Part shown: positions 18,656-27,674 of the stretch, in pieces
Layout: every line of letters starts with the position of its first letter
How positions within the stretch are numbered: position 1 is the stretch's first letter
IMG/VR virus record: IMGVR_UViG_3300023181_000032
Coordinates: 1-58,860 of that record
Direction: 5' to 3' (one strand)
DNA: 58,860 bases
Source of the DNA: a virus
Taxonomy: Duplodnaviria; Caudoviricetes
Program-made: the position numbers and the translations under genes
Notes under the pieces: model-generated
The model's database searches: none
Told to the model about the DNA's origin: nothing
The model's input: only the letters and a program-made list of their open reading frames with translations

Positions 18656-18894
18656 CGCCAGATCAGCAGATCCAGAAGCTCAAGCGATCGGTTCAGCAGC
18701 TATCGCAGCGCCTGGTGCAGATGACAGGTGCCTGCGAGGCCATGCAACGGATTTTGGCAGAGGCGGGGATTGATCATCCTGCGCGGACGGTGAAATTCCC
18801 GATCGTCACCGACGCTGAAAACCTGCCAGAACTTCACGCCTACGAGCAATGCCAGTTACTGAAACATGCCGGTCTTTTGGGTGTTCAGGCCTGA
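18652..18894 (+). CDS. Hypothetical protein
   Basis: MTPDQQIQKL... coupled ORF. Confidence 0.55.
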   Translation: MTPDQQIQKLKRSVQQLSQRLVQMTGACEAMQRILAEAGIDHPARTVKFPIVTDAENLPELHAYEQCQLLKHAGLLGVQA

Positions 18895-18923
18895 TTCGTC
18901 CGCATTAAAAGGGAGCGCCCGCC

Positions 18924-19286
18924 ATGCCCGAGCAGATGTCGTTCGATATGTTATTCCCGCCAGTGCGGCCGCGCCTGCGCATCGTGCCTCGGGTAAGGGC
19001 CGAATCAGGGCCTCAGCCCGAGCAACTGGCTATCGACTTCACAGCGCCTGTTCTGGCATCGGTGACGCGCATTCCACGCATGCCGATACGCAGTACCACC
19101 TGTGCGGGCGCAACGAAGGTGACACGCGACGGCATCACCCTGGCAGCGGCGGAGTGGGCGGCACGACTTGGGTTGAAGTGGCAGACAGTGAAGATGCGGA
19201 GGATGCGAGGGGCTAACTGGACCGAGGCGCTGGCTCCAGAGTTGAAGCGCAGCACCTTCATGAAGCATTGGAAAATGTTCGGTTAA
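18924..19286 (+). CDS. Putative HTH DNA-binding protein; last early-right gene (candidate late regulator)
   Basis: TLAAAEWAARLGLKWQTVKMRRMRG HTH-like segment; GGGAG RBS; occupies the Q position. Confidence 0.55.
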   Translation: MPEQMSFDMLFPPVRPRLRIVPRVRAESGPQPEQLAIDFTAPVLASVTRIPRMPIRSTTCAGATKVTRDGITLAAAEWAARLGLKWQTVKMRRMRGANWTEALAPELKRSTFMKHWKMFG

Positions 19287-19549
19287 CGCCAGACGTGCAG
19301 AACCTTGTCGCCGTCGCCTTCAATGGCGGCGCGCAACTTCAGGTCATCGAGCAGGGATTGCAGTCGAGTGATCTTTTCCGAATCCAGCGTGCCACCAACG
19401 ATGGCGTTCTCGGACTTGCCGGATAGAGTGATGACGAGTAGGGCGTCGGATGGGTTGTGGTCCATCGCATCAGCAGTAAGGCCCATCACTTCGGTTACCG
19501 CCATGTAAGCCGAGTCGCGGGTGGAGCCGATGAATTGTTTTGCGGTCAT
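19283..19549 (-). CDS. Hypothetical protein (counter-oriented)
   Basis: MTAKQFIG... with AGGGG RBS and its own motif promoter. Confidence 0.6.
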   Translation of the reverse strand: MTAKQFIGSTRDSAYMAVTEVMGLTADAMDHNPSDALLVITLSGKSENAIVGGTLDSEKITRLQSLLDDLKLRAAIEGDGDKVLHVWR

Positions 19550-19577
19550 GAGTCTTGCCCCTTTGAGTGAAGAGGCC

Positions 19578-19606
19578 AGTGCATGTGACTGACGGCATAG
19601 GCGCAA
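19578..19606 (-). promoter_or_regulatory. CAGTCACA-type promoter (leftward)
   Basis: TTGCGC-ctatgccgtCAGTCACA-TGCACT (17-bp spacer). Confidence 0.5.
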
Positions 19607-19609
19607 GGC

Positions 19610-19637
19610 TTGTGCTGGCAATCCAGTCACATAGTCT
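19610..19637 (+). promoter_or_regulatory. CAGTCACA-type late promoter (holin/terS operon)
   Basis: TTGTGC-tggcaatcCAGTCACA-TAGTCT. Confidence 0.7.
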
Positions 19638-19718
19638 CGCTGGTATGAGATCCGGACAGCAGTAGCCGGGCGAGCCCGAGGCCAGCGATGAGAAAACATG
19701 ACTTTACGGTGCTGGAAA

Positions 19719-20126
19719 ATGAATGACCCTCATGGTGCAGGGTCGATCTGGCTGATCCTCGCTCTGTGGGTATGGAGCGTTGTAGAGCAATTGCATCCAG
19801 GTGCCGCCAGTGGTGCGTCATTCGGCTGCTTCTTCTTCCTGGCCTTTCCAGACCCGCAAAAGGGCACAGGCTTCGAACAGACCTTACGCAAGATTTCACT
19901 TTTGATTGCTTCATGGGGAGCTGGATACGCAACAGGCTCAGCGCTTGGACAGTCCGTCAACTGGGCTGCCTGGGCAATGCCTGTCGCGATCCTCATTTCA
20001 GCACTTGCGGCTGCAATCATCGGTGCCCTCAACCTGACCGTTCGCAACGACGCTCCGCTTCCGCAATGGCTGTCCAACATCTTGAACAGAATTCCAATTC
20101 TAAAGAGAGGCGACGATGGTCAGTGA
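19719..20126 (+). CDS. Putative holin
   Basis: Three to four hydrophobic segments, GASFGCFFFLA; first late gene. Confidence 0.65.
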   Translation: MNDPHGAGSIWLILALWVWSVVEQLHPGAASGASFGCFFFLAFPDPQKGTGFEQTLRKISLLIASWGAGYATGSALGQSVNWAAWAMPVAILISALAAAIIGALNLTVRNDAPLPQWLSNILNRIPILKRGDDGQ

Positions 20127-20475
20127 AACGAGCTGGTACGACTTGATGGCCTTACACATGGCCCCGATGGTCACGTTCATCAAGTTCTGGTACGGCCCGG
20201 CCTGCCTTTCCCTTCGGTTGACCATGAACGTGATTACGGTCTGGTCAATCGTCTCGTACATGAATGGCGCGCGCACCAACATGCGAGCGACCGCGCTGGC
20301 AATCCTGCTGGCGTCCTCATCTGGCTACATGTTCTTCCAGGGCGCATCCAAGTTCGATCAGTTGAGCGCCTATGCCGAACTCGGCCTGGTCGTTTACACG
20401 TTCTGCATCACCTACATCTGCGTGGTGAACCGAGGAAACATGGCGAAGCCTCTGCGCTCGCTGTGGAAGTGGTAA
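20116..20475 (+). CDS. Holin-family membrane protein
   Basis: Three TM-like segments; C-terminal RGNMAK motif. Confidence 0.6.
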   Translation: MVSETSWYDLMALHMAPMVTFIKFWYGPACLSLRLTMNVITVWSIVSYMNGARTNMRATALAILLASSSGYMFFQGASKFDQLSAYAELGLVVYTFCITYICVVNRGNMAKPLRSLWKW

Positions 20476-20503
20476 TTCACATCAAGCACGGGAGCAGTGC
20501 GCA

Positions 20504-20974
20504 ATGAGCAAGTTCGTCGAGAAGCGGCCTGAGATTGAAGCGCGGCAGTTCACAGCGCTGAGCAAAGACCTCACAGCCGATTTCATCAAGTGGCTGGGCC
20601 TTGGCGCTCAGGTTACAAACACAGGCTACGAGTCGCTTGTCGTTGATGTCGTAGTGGCTGATGAGGCAGTTCGCTTAAAGCAGGGCGACTGGATAATCAA
20701 ATTAGAATCTGGGGATAAGCGAATCCTGACCGAAGCAGAGTTTTCGACTCGGTACGAGACGACAGGTATATCCGAGCCACAAAGACCGTTGAGTCTCATG
20801 GAGACGAACTTCAAAGTGCTTGTCGATGCGCATGGGTCTGCTTCATGTGGTTGCCGCCCTCATCAATGTCCGCCTCCTGTCACTCCTCGCGGCATTCCCG
20901 TCACTTCACTTCACTCAGCGCAAATTCGCTTTTGGCTGAATAAGGCGCTTGAGAAAGAAGGGCGTCCGGTATGA
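20504..20974 (+). CDS. Hypothetical phage protein
   Basis: IEARQF...GDWIIK...F..RYE motif common in small phage proteins. Confidence 0.65.
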   Translation: MSKFVEKRPEIEARQFTALSKDLTADFIKWLGLGAQVTNTGYESLVVDVVVADEAVRLKQGDWIIKLESGDKRILTEAEFSTRYETTGISEPQRPLSLMETNFKVLVDAHGSASCGCRPHQCPPPVTPRGIPVTSLHSAQIRFWLNKALEKEGRPV

Positions 20975-21408
20975 CCACCATCGCCTACAAAGACGGCGTG
21001 ATCGCCTATGACTCCCGTATCACTTGCGGGACCATCATCGAGCACGACGATTTCGAGAAGCTGATAGAGAGCAAGGGGGTGAAGTTCATCCTGACAGGCG
21101 CTACCAGTGACTTTCCTCGCCTCATCGACGCTTACTTCGGCGGCACCCAAAAAAACATCGATGCCACAGGCCTAGCATTCGATGGTGAGACGATCTGGTG
21201 TATGGGCCACAGCAATTATGGCGGCTTCTGGAAAACCGTCGTGTCGCCGCGCAATGTGTGCGCAATGGGCAGTGGAACGCCTCACGCCCTGACAGCGATG
21301 GATATGGGCGCCAGTGCAGGTGAAGCTGTAGAGATGGCCAAAAAGCGCGACACGGGCACCGGTGGGCAGGTTCGGTTGCTGCTGCTTGATGTGGTTGGCC
21401 TGCAATGA
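20971..21408 (+). CDS. Ntn-hydrolase (HslV/proteasome-beta-like) peptidase
   Basis: N-terminal MTTIA...IAYDSR, MGSG, D..TGG. Confidence 0.8.
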   Translation: MTTIAYKDGVIAYDSRITCGTIIEHDDFEKLIESKGVKFILTGATSDFPRLIDAYFGGTQKNIDATGLAFDGETIWCMGHSNYGGFWKTVVSPRNVCAMGSGTPHALTAMDMGASAGEAVEMAKKRDTGTGGQVRLLLLDVVGLQ

Positions 21409-22010
21409 CGGACAAGAAGCCCACCGACTGGGAGCGGGTAGAGCTCGACTACCGCGCCGGGATGCTCACTCTGCGCGAGATGGGTGCGCTTCACTCGGTC
21501 TCGGAAGGCGCCATCCGCAAGCGCGCCAAGCGTGACAGCTGGAGTCGCGACCTCAACACCAAGATCAAAATGCGTGCAGATGAATTGGTACGCAAGGAAG
21601 AGGTACGCAAGGCGGTACGCAGCGAAACCGCTGTTTCTGAAACGCGGCAGGTTGAGATCGGTGCGGAGCTGCTCAAGGACATTAAGCTGGGTCGCAGACA
21701 GCGCGTAACGAGGGCGACGGCGCTCACCGAATGCTTGATCCAAGAGCTGGAAGCCATCACCGACAATCGCGACCTCTTCGGCAAACTGGGCGAGTTGATG
21801 GAATCGCCTGATGACAATGGCATGGACAAGCTGAACGATGCGTACCACCGCGTAATAGCGCTACAGGGCCGCATCAAGATGAACAAGGAAGTCTCGGACA
21901 CCATGAAGACCCTCTTCGCCCTGGAAGCTCAAGCGTTCGGGTTGGTCGACGATGCTTCAGAAGAATCCTACGAAGACCGCCTTGCGCGTCTGATGGAGGC
22001 GAAGGGATGA
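21405..22010 (+). CDS. terS: Terminase small subunit
   Basis: DWERVELDYRAG.LTLREMG...VSEGAIRKRAKRDSWSRDL N-terminal HTH. Confidence 0.75.
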   Translation: MTDKKPTDWERVELDYRAGMLTLREMGALHSVSEGAIRKRAKRDSWSRDLNTKIKMRADELVRKEEVRKAVRSETAVSETRQVEIGAELLKDIKLGRRQRVTRATALTECLIQELEAITDNRDLFGKLGELMESPDDNGMDKLNDAYHRVIALQGRIKMNKEVSDTMKTLFALEAQAFGLVDDASEESYEDRLARLMEAKG

Positions 22011-22252
22011 GCAAATCAAACTTCGATATTCTCGCCGGCGCCATGAACATCAAGTCGCCTGAGCTGCGTGAGATTGCACTGCAGGTCCAAGCTAACAGCA
22101 AGAAGCTGAACGCTTGCGGCTACCATGAATTCTTAGAGGCGCCAGGGCAGGAAGCCAAGAAGTACGGCAAGCGCTACGTGTGCACCGAGTGCGGTGGCGA
22201 GGTGGACTGCCATGCGTACTACTGGCATCAGGACGGGCGCAGATCCAAATGA
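22007..22252 (+). CDS. Small zinc-binding hypothetical protein
   Basis: C..H and CTECGG. Confidence 0.6.
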   Translation: MSKSNFDILAGAMNIKSPELREIALQVQANSKKLNACGYHEFLEAPGQEAKKYGKRYVCTECGGEVDCHAYYWHQDGRRSK

Positions 22253-22426
22253 CCCCGCGCCACGAAACGCCACCTCTGCCAATCTTGGCGCGCAAAAAGA
22301 ACTGGACCGTCACGACGCCTCGTCACGCACCGTTTCCCATGATTGTGCAGGAGGATGTTTCTCACGATGAGGCGCTGGAGATCGCGCGTACAATCTGGCC
22401 ACTGGCGATAGTTGATTGAGGCTCGC

Positions 22427-22807
22427 ATGAAAACCACCGATACACCCAATCTCGCGCAACTGATTCAAGATCGACTCAACGCGCCTGCCGCAGATCGCGG
22501 AGAAATAGGTCTGACCGAAATCGGCATGTTCCTCAAGCAGTGCGACAACGACCTGATCGTCGAGTACGTCGAGGATGACGACAGATTGAAAGTCGCTATG
22601 TCCAGGCTGTTTGACTTCAGCGATTACGAGCGATGGCAGGACGCGAAGTTCGGGCCGCCAAAGCCGCACACTGATGTCCTCATTTACTACGGTGGAAAGC
22701 AGCGCATCGCCTCGCACAATGGTGACGGTCTGTTCCGCGATGAGGCAGGCAAGATATTGATGGTTACGCACTGGCAGCCGCTACCAGATCCGCCGAAGAT
22801 GAAATGA
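22427..22807 (+). CDS. DUF551-like protein
   Basis: C-terminal VTHWQPLPDPP. Confidence 0.65.
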   Translation: MKTTDTPNLAQLIQDRLNAPAADRGEIGLTEIGMFLKQCDNDLIVEYVEDDDRLKVAMSRLFDFSDYERWQDAKFGPPKPHTDVLIYYGGKQRIASHNGDGLFRDEAGKILMVTHWQPLPDPPKMK

Positions 22808-22812
22808 ATACC

Positions 22813-22843
22813 AAGCCCAGCCCTAAACCAGCTGGGTTTTTTT
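22813..22843 (+). terminator. Intrinsic terminator
   Basis: cccagc...gctggg followed by a T-run. Confidence 0.75.
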
Positions 22844-22847
22844 GTGC

Positions 22848-22875
22848 TTGCAGATTGGCCACAGTCACAGACCCT
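22848..22875 (+). promoter_or_regulatory. CAGTCACA-type promoter
   Basis: TTGCAG-attggccaCAGTCACA-GACCCT, just after a terminator. Confidence 0.6.
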
Positions 22876-22912
22876 CGATCCTGTCATTCGACAATCACAT
22901 CAGGGGCATGAC

Positions 22913-23290
22913 ATGAGCTACGTAATCACAGACCAGCACGGCGGGCGCTACAGCAGTGACGAGCCACTTCCGCCACTGGAGACTCTGGAAGCATGGGCAG
23001 CCGCCTACCAGGAGCGAGAGCCGAACCGTAAGCAGCTTCCCGACTCGCTGTTCGACGGCACCGACACCAGTGAGGCGGCGAAACGTTTCGATGATGAATA
23101 TCAGCGAATCGGAACGGCTTCATACAAAGACCATCCGTCCATCAACTACATCCGGGACGACGGCATGCAGCTGCACGACGGCGAAATGATCGAATGTATG
23201 ACCCATTCGTTCGTGCGCGATCCGCAGTTCGATGACCAATTGAGCGAAGACCTGTACGAAGCAGCCAAGAAGCTTGGCCTCGTCGAGTAA
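22913..23290 (+). CDS. Hypothetical acidic protein (own promoter and terminator)
   Basis: MSYVITD... with AGGGG RBS. Confidence 0.65.
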   Translation: MSYVITDQHGGRYSSDEPLPPLETLEAWAAAYQEREPNRKQLPDSLFDGTDTSEAAKRFDDEYQRIGTASYKDHPSINYIRDDGMQLHDGEMIECMTHSFVRDPQFDDQLSEDLYEAAKKLGLVE

Positions 23291-23305
23291 TTCACCCTGC
23301 AGACA

Positions 23306-23333
23306 AGAGCCCGCCCACGCAGCGGGCTTTTTT
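23306..23333 (+). terminator. Intrinsic terminator
   Basis: agcccgc-ccacgca-gcgggct followed by a T-run. Confidence 0.8.
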
Positions 23334-23340
23334 ACGCCTG

Positions 23341-23368
23341 TTGCACTTCAAATCCAGTCACATAGCGT
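23341..23368 (+). promoter_or_regulatory. CAGTCACA-type late promoter (gp49-terL-portal)
   Basis: TTGCAC-ttcaaatcCAGTCACA-TAGCGT. Confidence 0.72.
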
Positions 23369-23406
23369 TGCCCTTGTCATTTCGATAATCGAGATAGGGG
23401 CAGGGC

Positions 23407-23772
23407 ATGAGCGATTCAGCGATTGAGCAGGAAATCCAAGACAAGGGACTGACAGCACCGCGCATCACGCCGGGCGACGTCGAGCGAAACATCCGCAGCG
23501 AGTTCTATTTCACTGCCGGTGAAGGCGTGCTCGGTCAGAGTGCGATGGGGACCAAGCCTGCGGGCAATGCCGACAGCCTCAACCGACTGACCTTCTGCGT
23601 ACTGGTGCTGGCAAACGGCTTCACCGTCACCGGCGAAAGCGCATGTGTGACCAAGGCCAACTTCGACGCCGAGATTGGCAAAAAGGTAGCCCGCCAGAAC
23701 GCTATCACCAAGATTTGGCCGCTGATGGGCTACGAGCTTACCGAGCGTCTCGCCAGTCAGGCAGCCCAGTAA
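23407..23772 (+). CDS. Phage gp49/66-family protein (possible nucleotide-signal sponge)
   Basis: LTFCVLVLANGFTVTGESACV...NFDAEIG...A..KIWPLMGY. Confidence 0.8.
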   Translation: MSDSAIEQEIQDKGLTAPRITPGDVERNIRSEFYFTAGEGVLGQSAMGTKPAGNADSLNRLTFCVLVLANGFTVTGESACVTKANFDAEIGKKVARQNAITKIWPLMGYELTERLASQAAQ

Positions 23773-23775
23773 CCC

Positions 23776-25314
23776 ATGTCAGCCGACGCCATGATCCAAA
23801 GGCTCATTGATGACGATGAGCTTTTCTGCAGAGTCGCGTTAAGGATTCGCACCAAGGAAGGCACTGTTGTTCCTTTCATCTGGAACGATGCTCAGCGAAT
23901 CCTGCACGCCGCTATCGAAAAGCAGAAGGCGGAAAAAGGTTGGGTGCGCGTGATCGTCCTCAAGGGCCGTCAGCAAGGCATAAGCACCTACGTTGCAGCC
24001 AGATTCTTCAAGAAGACGAGCCAGATCGGCGGCAAGCGTACGATGATCTTGACGCATCTTGACTCTGCCACGCAGAACCTTTTTGGCATGGCAAAGACCT
24101 TCCTCGAACAAAGCCCGGCCGTGGTCAAGCCGAAAGCCAAGTCCAACTCAAGCCACGAGCTGACCTTCTCGCAGAAGTCTGAGAGCGGCTACAAGGTCGC
24201 GACAGCAGGTAGCCCGGCCGCTGGCCGCTCCGGCACTATCCAATACCTGCACGCATCCGAAATGGCGTTCTATCCGAATGCTCAGCAAGTGATGGCGGGT
24301 CTTGGGCAGAGCCTCCCTCTGATCGAAGGAACGGAAGGCATTATCGAGTCCACTGCAAACGGACTGGGAAACCTGTTTCATGAGTATTGGGTGAAGGCAG
24401 AGGCCGGCGAGTCCGACTACCTGGCCGTCTTCATTCCTTGGTTTGCCGACAGCGGTTATCGCCGCAGCGACGTCACGTTCGAAATGTCCGACGAGGACTA
24501 CGAGTATCAGGATGCATACGGCCTTGATGAAGAGCAGATGGCCTGGCGCGCTGCAAAGATCGCGACTGACTTTGCAGGCGACCAGAACTGGTTCAACCAA
24601 GAATACCCAGCCACCGTAGACCTCGCATTCCAGCGCATTGGTCATAAGCCGCTGATCAACACCGTTAAGGTGTCATTGGCTCGTAAGCGTCCACTAAAGA
24701 ACGCTCAACGCATCGGTGCGCATATCGTCGGTCTCGACCCAGGCCGTGGCGGCGACCCATCTGTGTTCATCCACCGTCAAGGCCGCGTTGCTTGGGGGCT
24801 GGAGCGAAACAAATCTGCTGACACCATGAACGTGGCCGGCCAAGCGGCGCGGATGCTTCGCGAAGATACGACCATCCGCATGATGTTCATCGACATCGGC
24901 GGTATCGGCGCTGGCGTCTACGACCGACTCGTCGAGCTCGGCTTTGGCGATCGCGTGACAGCAGTGAACTTTGGTTCATCCGCCAGCGACCAGCGCAAGT
25001 ACTTCAACAAGCGCTGCGAAATGTGGGGCGAAATGGCCGAATGGATTCACGACGACATAACCCCCTGCATCCCTGATGACGACCGCCTGCACGGTGACCT
25101 CACATCTGCTCGCGGCGACCAGTACAGCAGCAATGGGCAGCTCAAGCTGGACAAGAAAGAAGAAATCAAAAAAGTCCTGCGCCGCTCACCAGATGACGGC
25201 GATGCCCTGGCCCTCACATTCGCAGAGCCGGTATCTGCTGACGACATCCACATAGATGACTGGAAGGCGAAGTTAATGCGCCGGAACGCTCGCAAATCAC
25301 CGATGAGTGCCTGA
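23776..25314 (+). CDS. terL: Terminase large subunit
   Basis: LKGRQQGIST Walker A, LHASE Walker B, ESTANG, GLDPG nuclease Asp, SPDDGDALALTF. Confidence 0.95.
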   Translation: MSADAMIQRLIDDDELFCRVALRIRTKEGTVVPFIWNDAQRILHAAIEKQKAEKGWVRVIVLKGRQQGISTYVAARFFKKTSQIGGKRTMILTHLDSATQNLFGMAKTFLEQSPAVVKPKAKSNSSHELTFSQKSESGYKVATAGSPAAGRSGTIQYLHASEMAFYPNAQQVMAGLGQSLPLIEGTEGIIESTANGLGNLFHEYWVKAEAGESDYLAVFIPWFADSGYRRSDVTFEMSDEDYEYQDAYGLDEEQMAWRAAKIATDFAGDQNWFNQEYPATVDLAFQRIGHKPLINTVKVSLARKRPLKNAQRIGAHIVGLDPGRGGDPSVFIHRQGRVAWGLERNKSADTMNVAGQAARMLREDTTIRMMFIDIGGIGAGVYDRLVELGFGDRVTAVNFGSSASDQRKYFNKRCEMWGEMAEWIHDDITPCIPDDDRLHGDLTSARGDQYSSNGQLKLDKKEEIKKVLRRSPDDGDALALTFAEPVSADDIHIDDWKAKLMRRNARKSPMSA

Positions 25315-25315
25315 C

Positions 25316-27493
25316 ATGGCTGAAGCTTCCGACAAGCAAAAAGCGACCGACAACTGGGCGCGCTACGAATACGGCCTGAATCGTGGCCATCGCAGCTACG
25401 TGGATAAGGCTCGCGAGTGCGAGGACTACTACCTGGGCGGTGGCTGTCAGTGGAAGGCTGCAGACGTTGCGATCCTGGCCGATGCCGGGCGTCCTGCGCT
25501 TGAATTCAACCAGATCAAGAACAAGATCAACGCTGCAGTGGGCTACCAGATTGGCAACCGCATGGATATCGGCTTTCGTCCGCGCGCCGGTGCAGCAGAT
25601 GCCGAGACGGCCAGCACCTTGTCGAAGCTCGCCATGCAGATCGCTGACAACAATCAGCTGCACTTCAAAGAGACGCAGGTGTTCAGCGACGGCGTGATCC
25701 AGCAACGCGGGTATTTCGACATCCGCATGAGCTACGCCGACACGATCCTGGGCGAGGTCAAGATTGATCTGCTCGACCCGATGGACGTCATTCCCGACCC
25801 TGACGCCAACAGCTACGACCCTGACGATTGGGCAGACGTCACCATCACTCGGCTGCTGACCCAGATCGAAATCGAGATGCTGCACGGCAGCAAGACGGCT
25901 AAAACCCTCGACGACGAAGACAATTCGGGCGACACCTTCCTGCCTGTGGTTGACGACATCGAGCGCGCAACCTTTGGCGAGTCAGACACGTTGTTTCCTG
26001 AATTCTACGGCGACGATGAGGACGACAAGTCCACTAAACGCTATCGCATCATCGATCGTCAGTTCTGGCAGATGGATGTCGCCGACGTGATCATCACTGC
26101 GACCGGTGACATTCGTCTGGTCGAGGATGTGAACCCAAACGCCGTTGAGGACATGATCAAGGCCGGCGGAATCAAGCAGAAGCGTAAAGTACGGCGCGTT
26201 CGCTGGTTGATCACCACCAAGGACAAGGTGCTACACGACGACTGGTCGCCGTTCAATCACTTCACCGTCGTTCCATTCTTCCCGACATTTCGTCGCGGCA
26301 AGACTCGCGGCCTGGTGGATGACGCAATCGGCCCGCAACAACTGCTGAACAAGTCAATGAGCCAGTTCCTGCACATCATCAACACCACGGCCAACAGTGG
26401 CTGGGTGACGGTGGCGGGCACGCTCACCAACATGGATGACGGCGAGCTTGCTGATCGAGGCGCAGAAACCGGCCTGCATCTGGTGATTAAGTCAGGTACA
26501 AAGACCGAGGACCGCCCGCAGAAAATCCAGCCGAACCAGGTGCCAACAGGTTTCGACCGAATCATCGACCGCGCTACGGCGCTGTTGGAGAACGCGACCG
26601 GCGTGAACGAATCGATGTCGGGCAACCAAGGCAATGAAGTGTCGGGTATCGCTATCCAGACGCGCCAGTTCGCCGCTCAGCAGCAGTTGGCCGTTCCGCT
26701 CGACAACCTTGCCCGGACCAGAGGAATGCTCGCCACACGCATCCTTGAGCTGATCCAGATGTATTACGACCAGCCACGTATTCTTCGCATTACCGAGTCC
26801 GACCCATCCGGCAAAGAAACGACCACTGAGATTCCGTTGAACTGGCCGCAGGCTGACTCACGCATCCTCAACGACCTGACCATCGGCGAATACGATGTCG
26901 TCGTCACCGAAGCTCCAGCCCAGATCACTTTCGAGAATAGCCAGTTCCTGCAAGCCATCGAACTGAACGAGAAGGGCGCGAACATTCCATGGCCCTTCAT
27001 CATCGGCTATTCGAACCTTGCCAATAAGCAGGAAATCGTCGACGCGATGTCGCAGCAGCCCGCCGCGCCCGTTGACCCGACATTGCAGGCCAAAGCCGAC
27101 CTTCTTGCCGCCCAGACTCAGAAGGCCCAGGCCGACGCCAGTCGTTCGCAAGTCGATGCCGCCAAATCGCAAGCCAGCCTGGATCTACTCAAAGCGCAGA
27201 CCGACGACACCCGGGCAGACACGGTCGCCAAGTCCGTCACCGCGCAGTTCAGCGCCATCCAGACCGCCGCCACCATTGCGCAGACGCCGGCCACCGCCAG
27301 CCTTGCCGATGCACTGCTGCTGTCCGCTGGCTACGTCGATCACAACGCTGCGCCGATCGTGCCTGAGTACGTCGGCACCGCCTTGGGCGCTATCGATCTA
27401 CCCAAGAACACGAATCCCCTCACACCAGCAAGCCCTGCCGTAGGCCTGGACGCTGGTATCGAAACCCCGCGCATTGAAGGAGCACCTGCATGA
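25316..27493 (+). CDS. Portal protein (P22-like, C-terminal barrel coiled coil)
   Basis: About 725 aa after TerL; GRPALEFNQI, SGIAI..RQ, DLTIGEYDVVV. Confidence 0.9.
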   Translation: MAEASDKQKATDNWARYEYGLNRGHRSYVDKARECEDYYLGGGCQWKAADVAILADAGRPALEFNQIKNKINAAVGYQIGNRMDIGFRPRAGAADAETASTLSKLAMQIADNNQLHFKETQVFSDGVIQQRGYFDIRMSYADTILGEVKIDLLDPMDVIPDPDANSYDPDDWADVTITRLLTQIEIEMLHGSKTAKTLDDEDNSGDTFLPVVDDIERATFGESDTLFPEFYGDDEDDKSTKRYRIIDRQFWQMDVADVIITATGDIRLVEDVNPNAVEDMIKAGGIKQKRKVRRVRWLITTKDKVLHDDWSPFNHFTVVPFFPTFRRGKTRGLVDDAIGPQQLLNKSMSQFLHIINTTANSGWVTVAGTLTNMDDGELADRGAETGLHLVIKSGTKTEDRPQKIQPNQVPTGFDRIIDRATALLENATGVNESMSGNQGNEVSGIAIQTRQFAAQQQLAVPLDNLARTRGMLATRILELIQMYYDQPRILRITESDPSGKETTTEIPLNWPQADSRILNDLTIGEYDVVVTEAPAQITFENSQFLQAIELNEKGANIPWPFIIGYSNLANKQEIVDAMSQQPAAPVDPTLQAKADLLAAQTQKAQADASRSQVDAAKSQASLDLLKAQTDDTRADTVAKSVTAQFSAIQTAATIAQTPATASLADALLLSAGYVDHNAAPIVPEYVGTALGAIDLPKNTNPLTPASPAVGLDAGIETPRIEGAPA

Positions 27494-27651
27494 GTAAGTC
27501 GGAAGTAGAGATTGACCAAAAGTGGAAGGTCGAGCAGGACCTTCGTTCGCTGGTTGAGGCCGCTGAAATCAATAAAGACCCAAAACGTCTAGCTGCTGTG
27601 AAAGCACTGGCCAAAGAGAAAACCGCCGAACTGGCGAAGATCACCAAGTAA
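27490..27651 (+). CDS. Small hypothetical protein (53 aa)
   Basis: MSKSEVEIDQKW...; ATGA overlap with the portal stop. Confidence 0.65.
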   Translation: MSKSEVEIDQKWKVEQDLRSLVEAAEINKDPKRLAAVKALAKEKTAELAKITK

Positions 27652-27674
27652 TCACGAATACCCAGGGGCAGACC

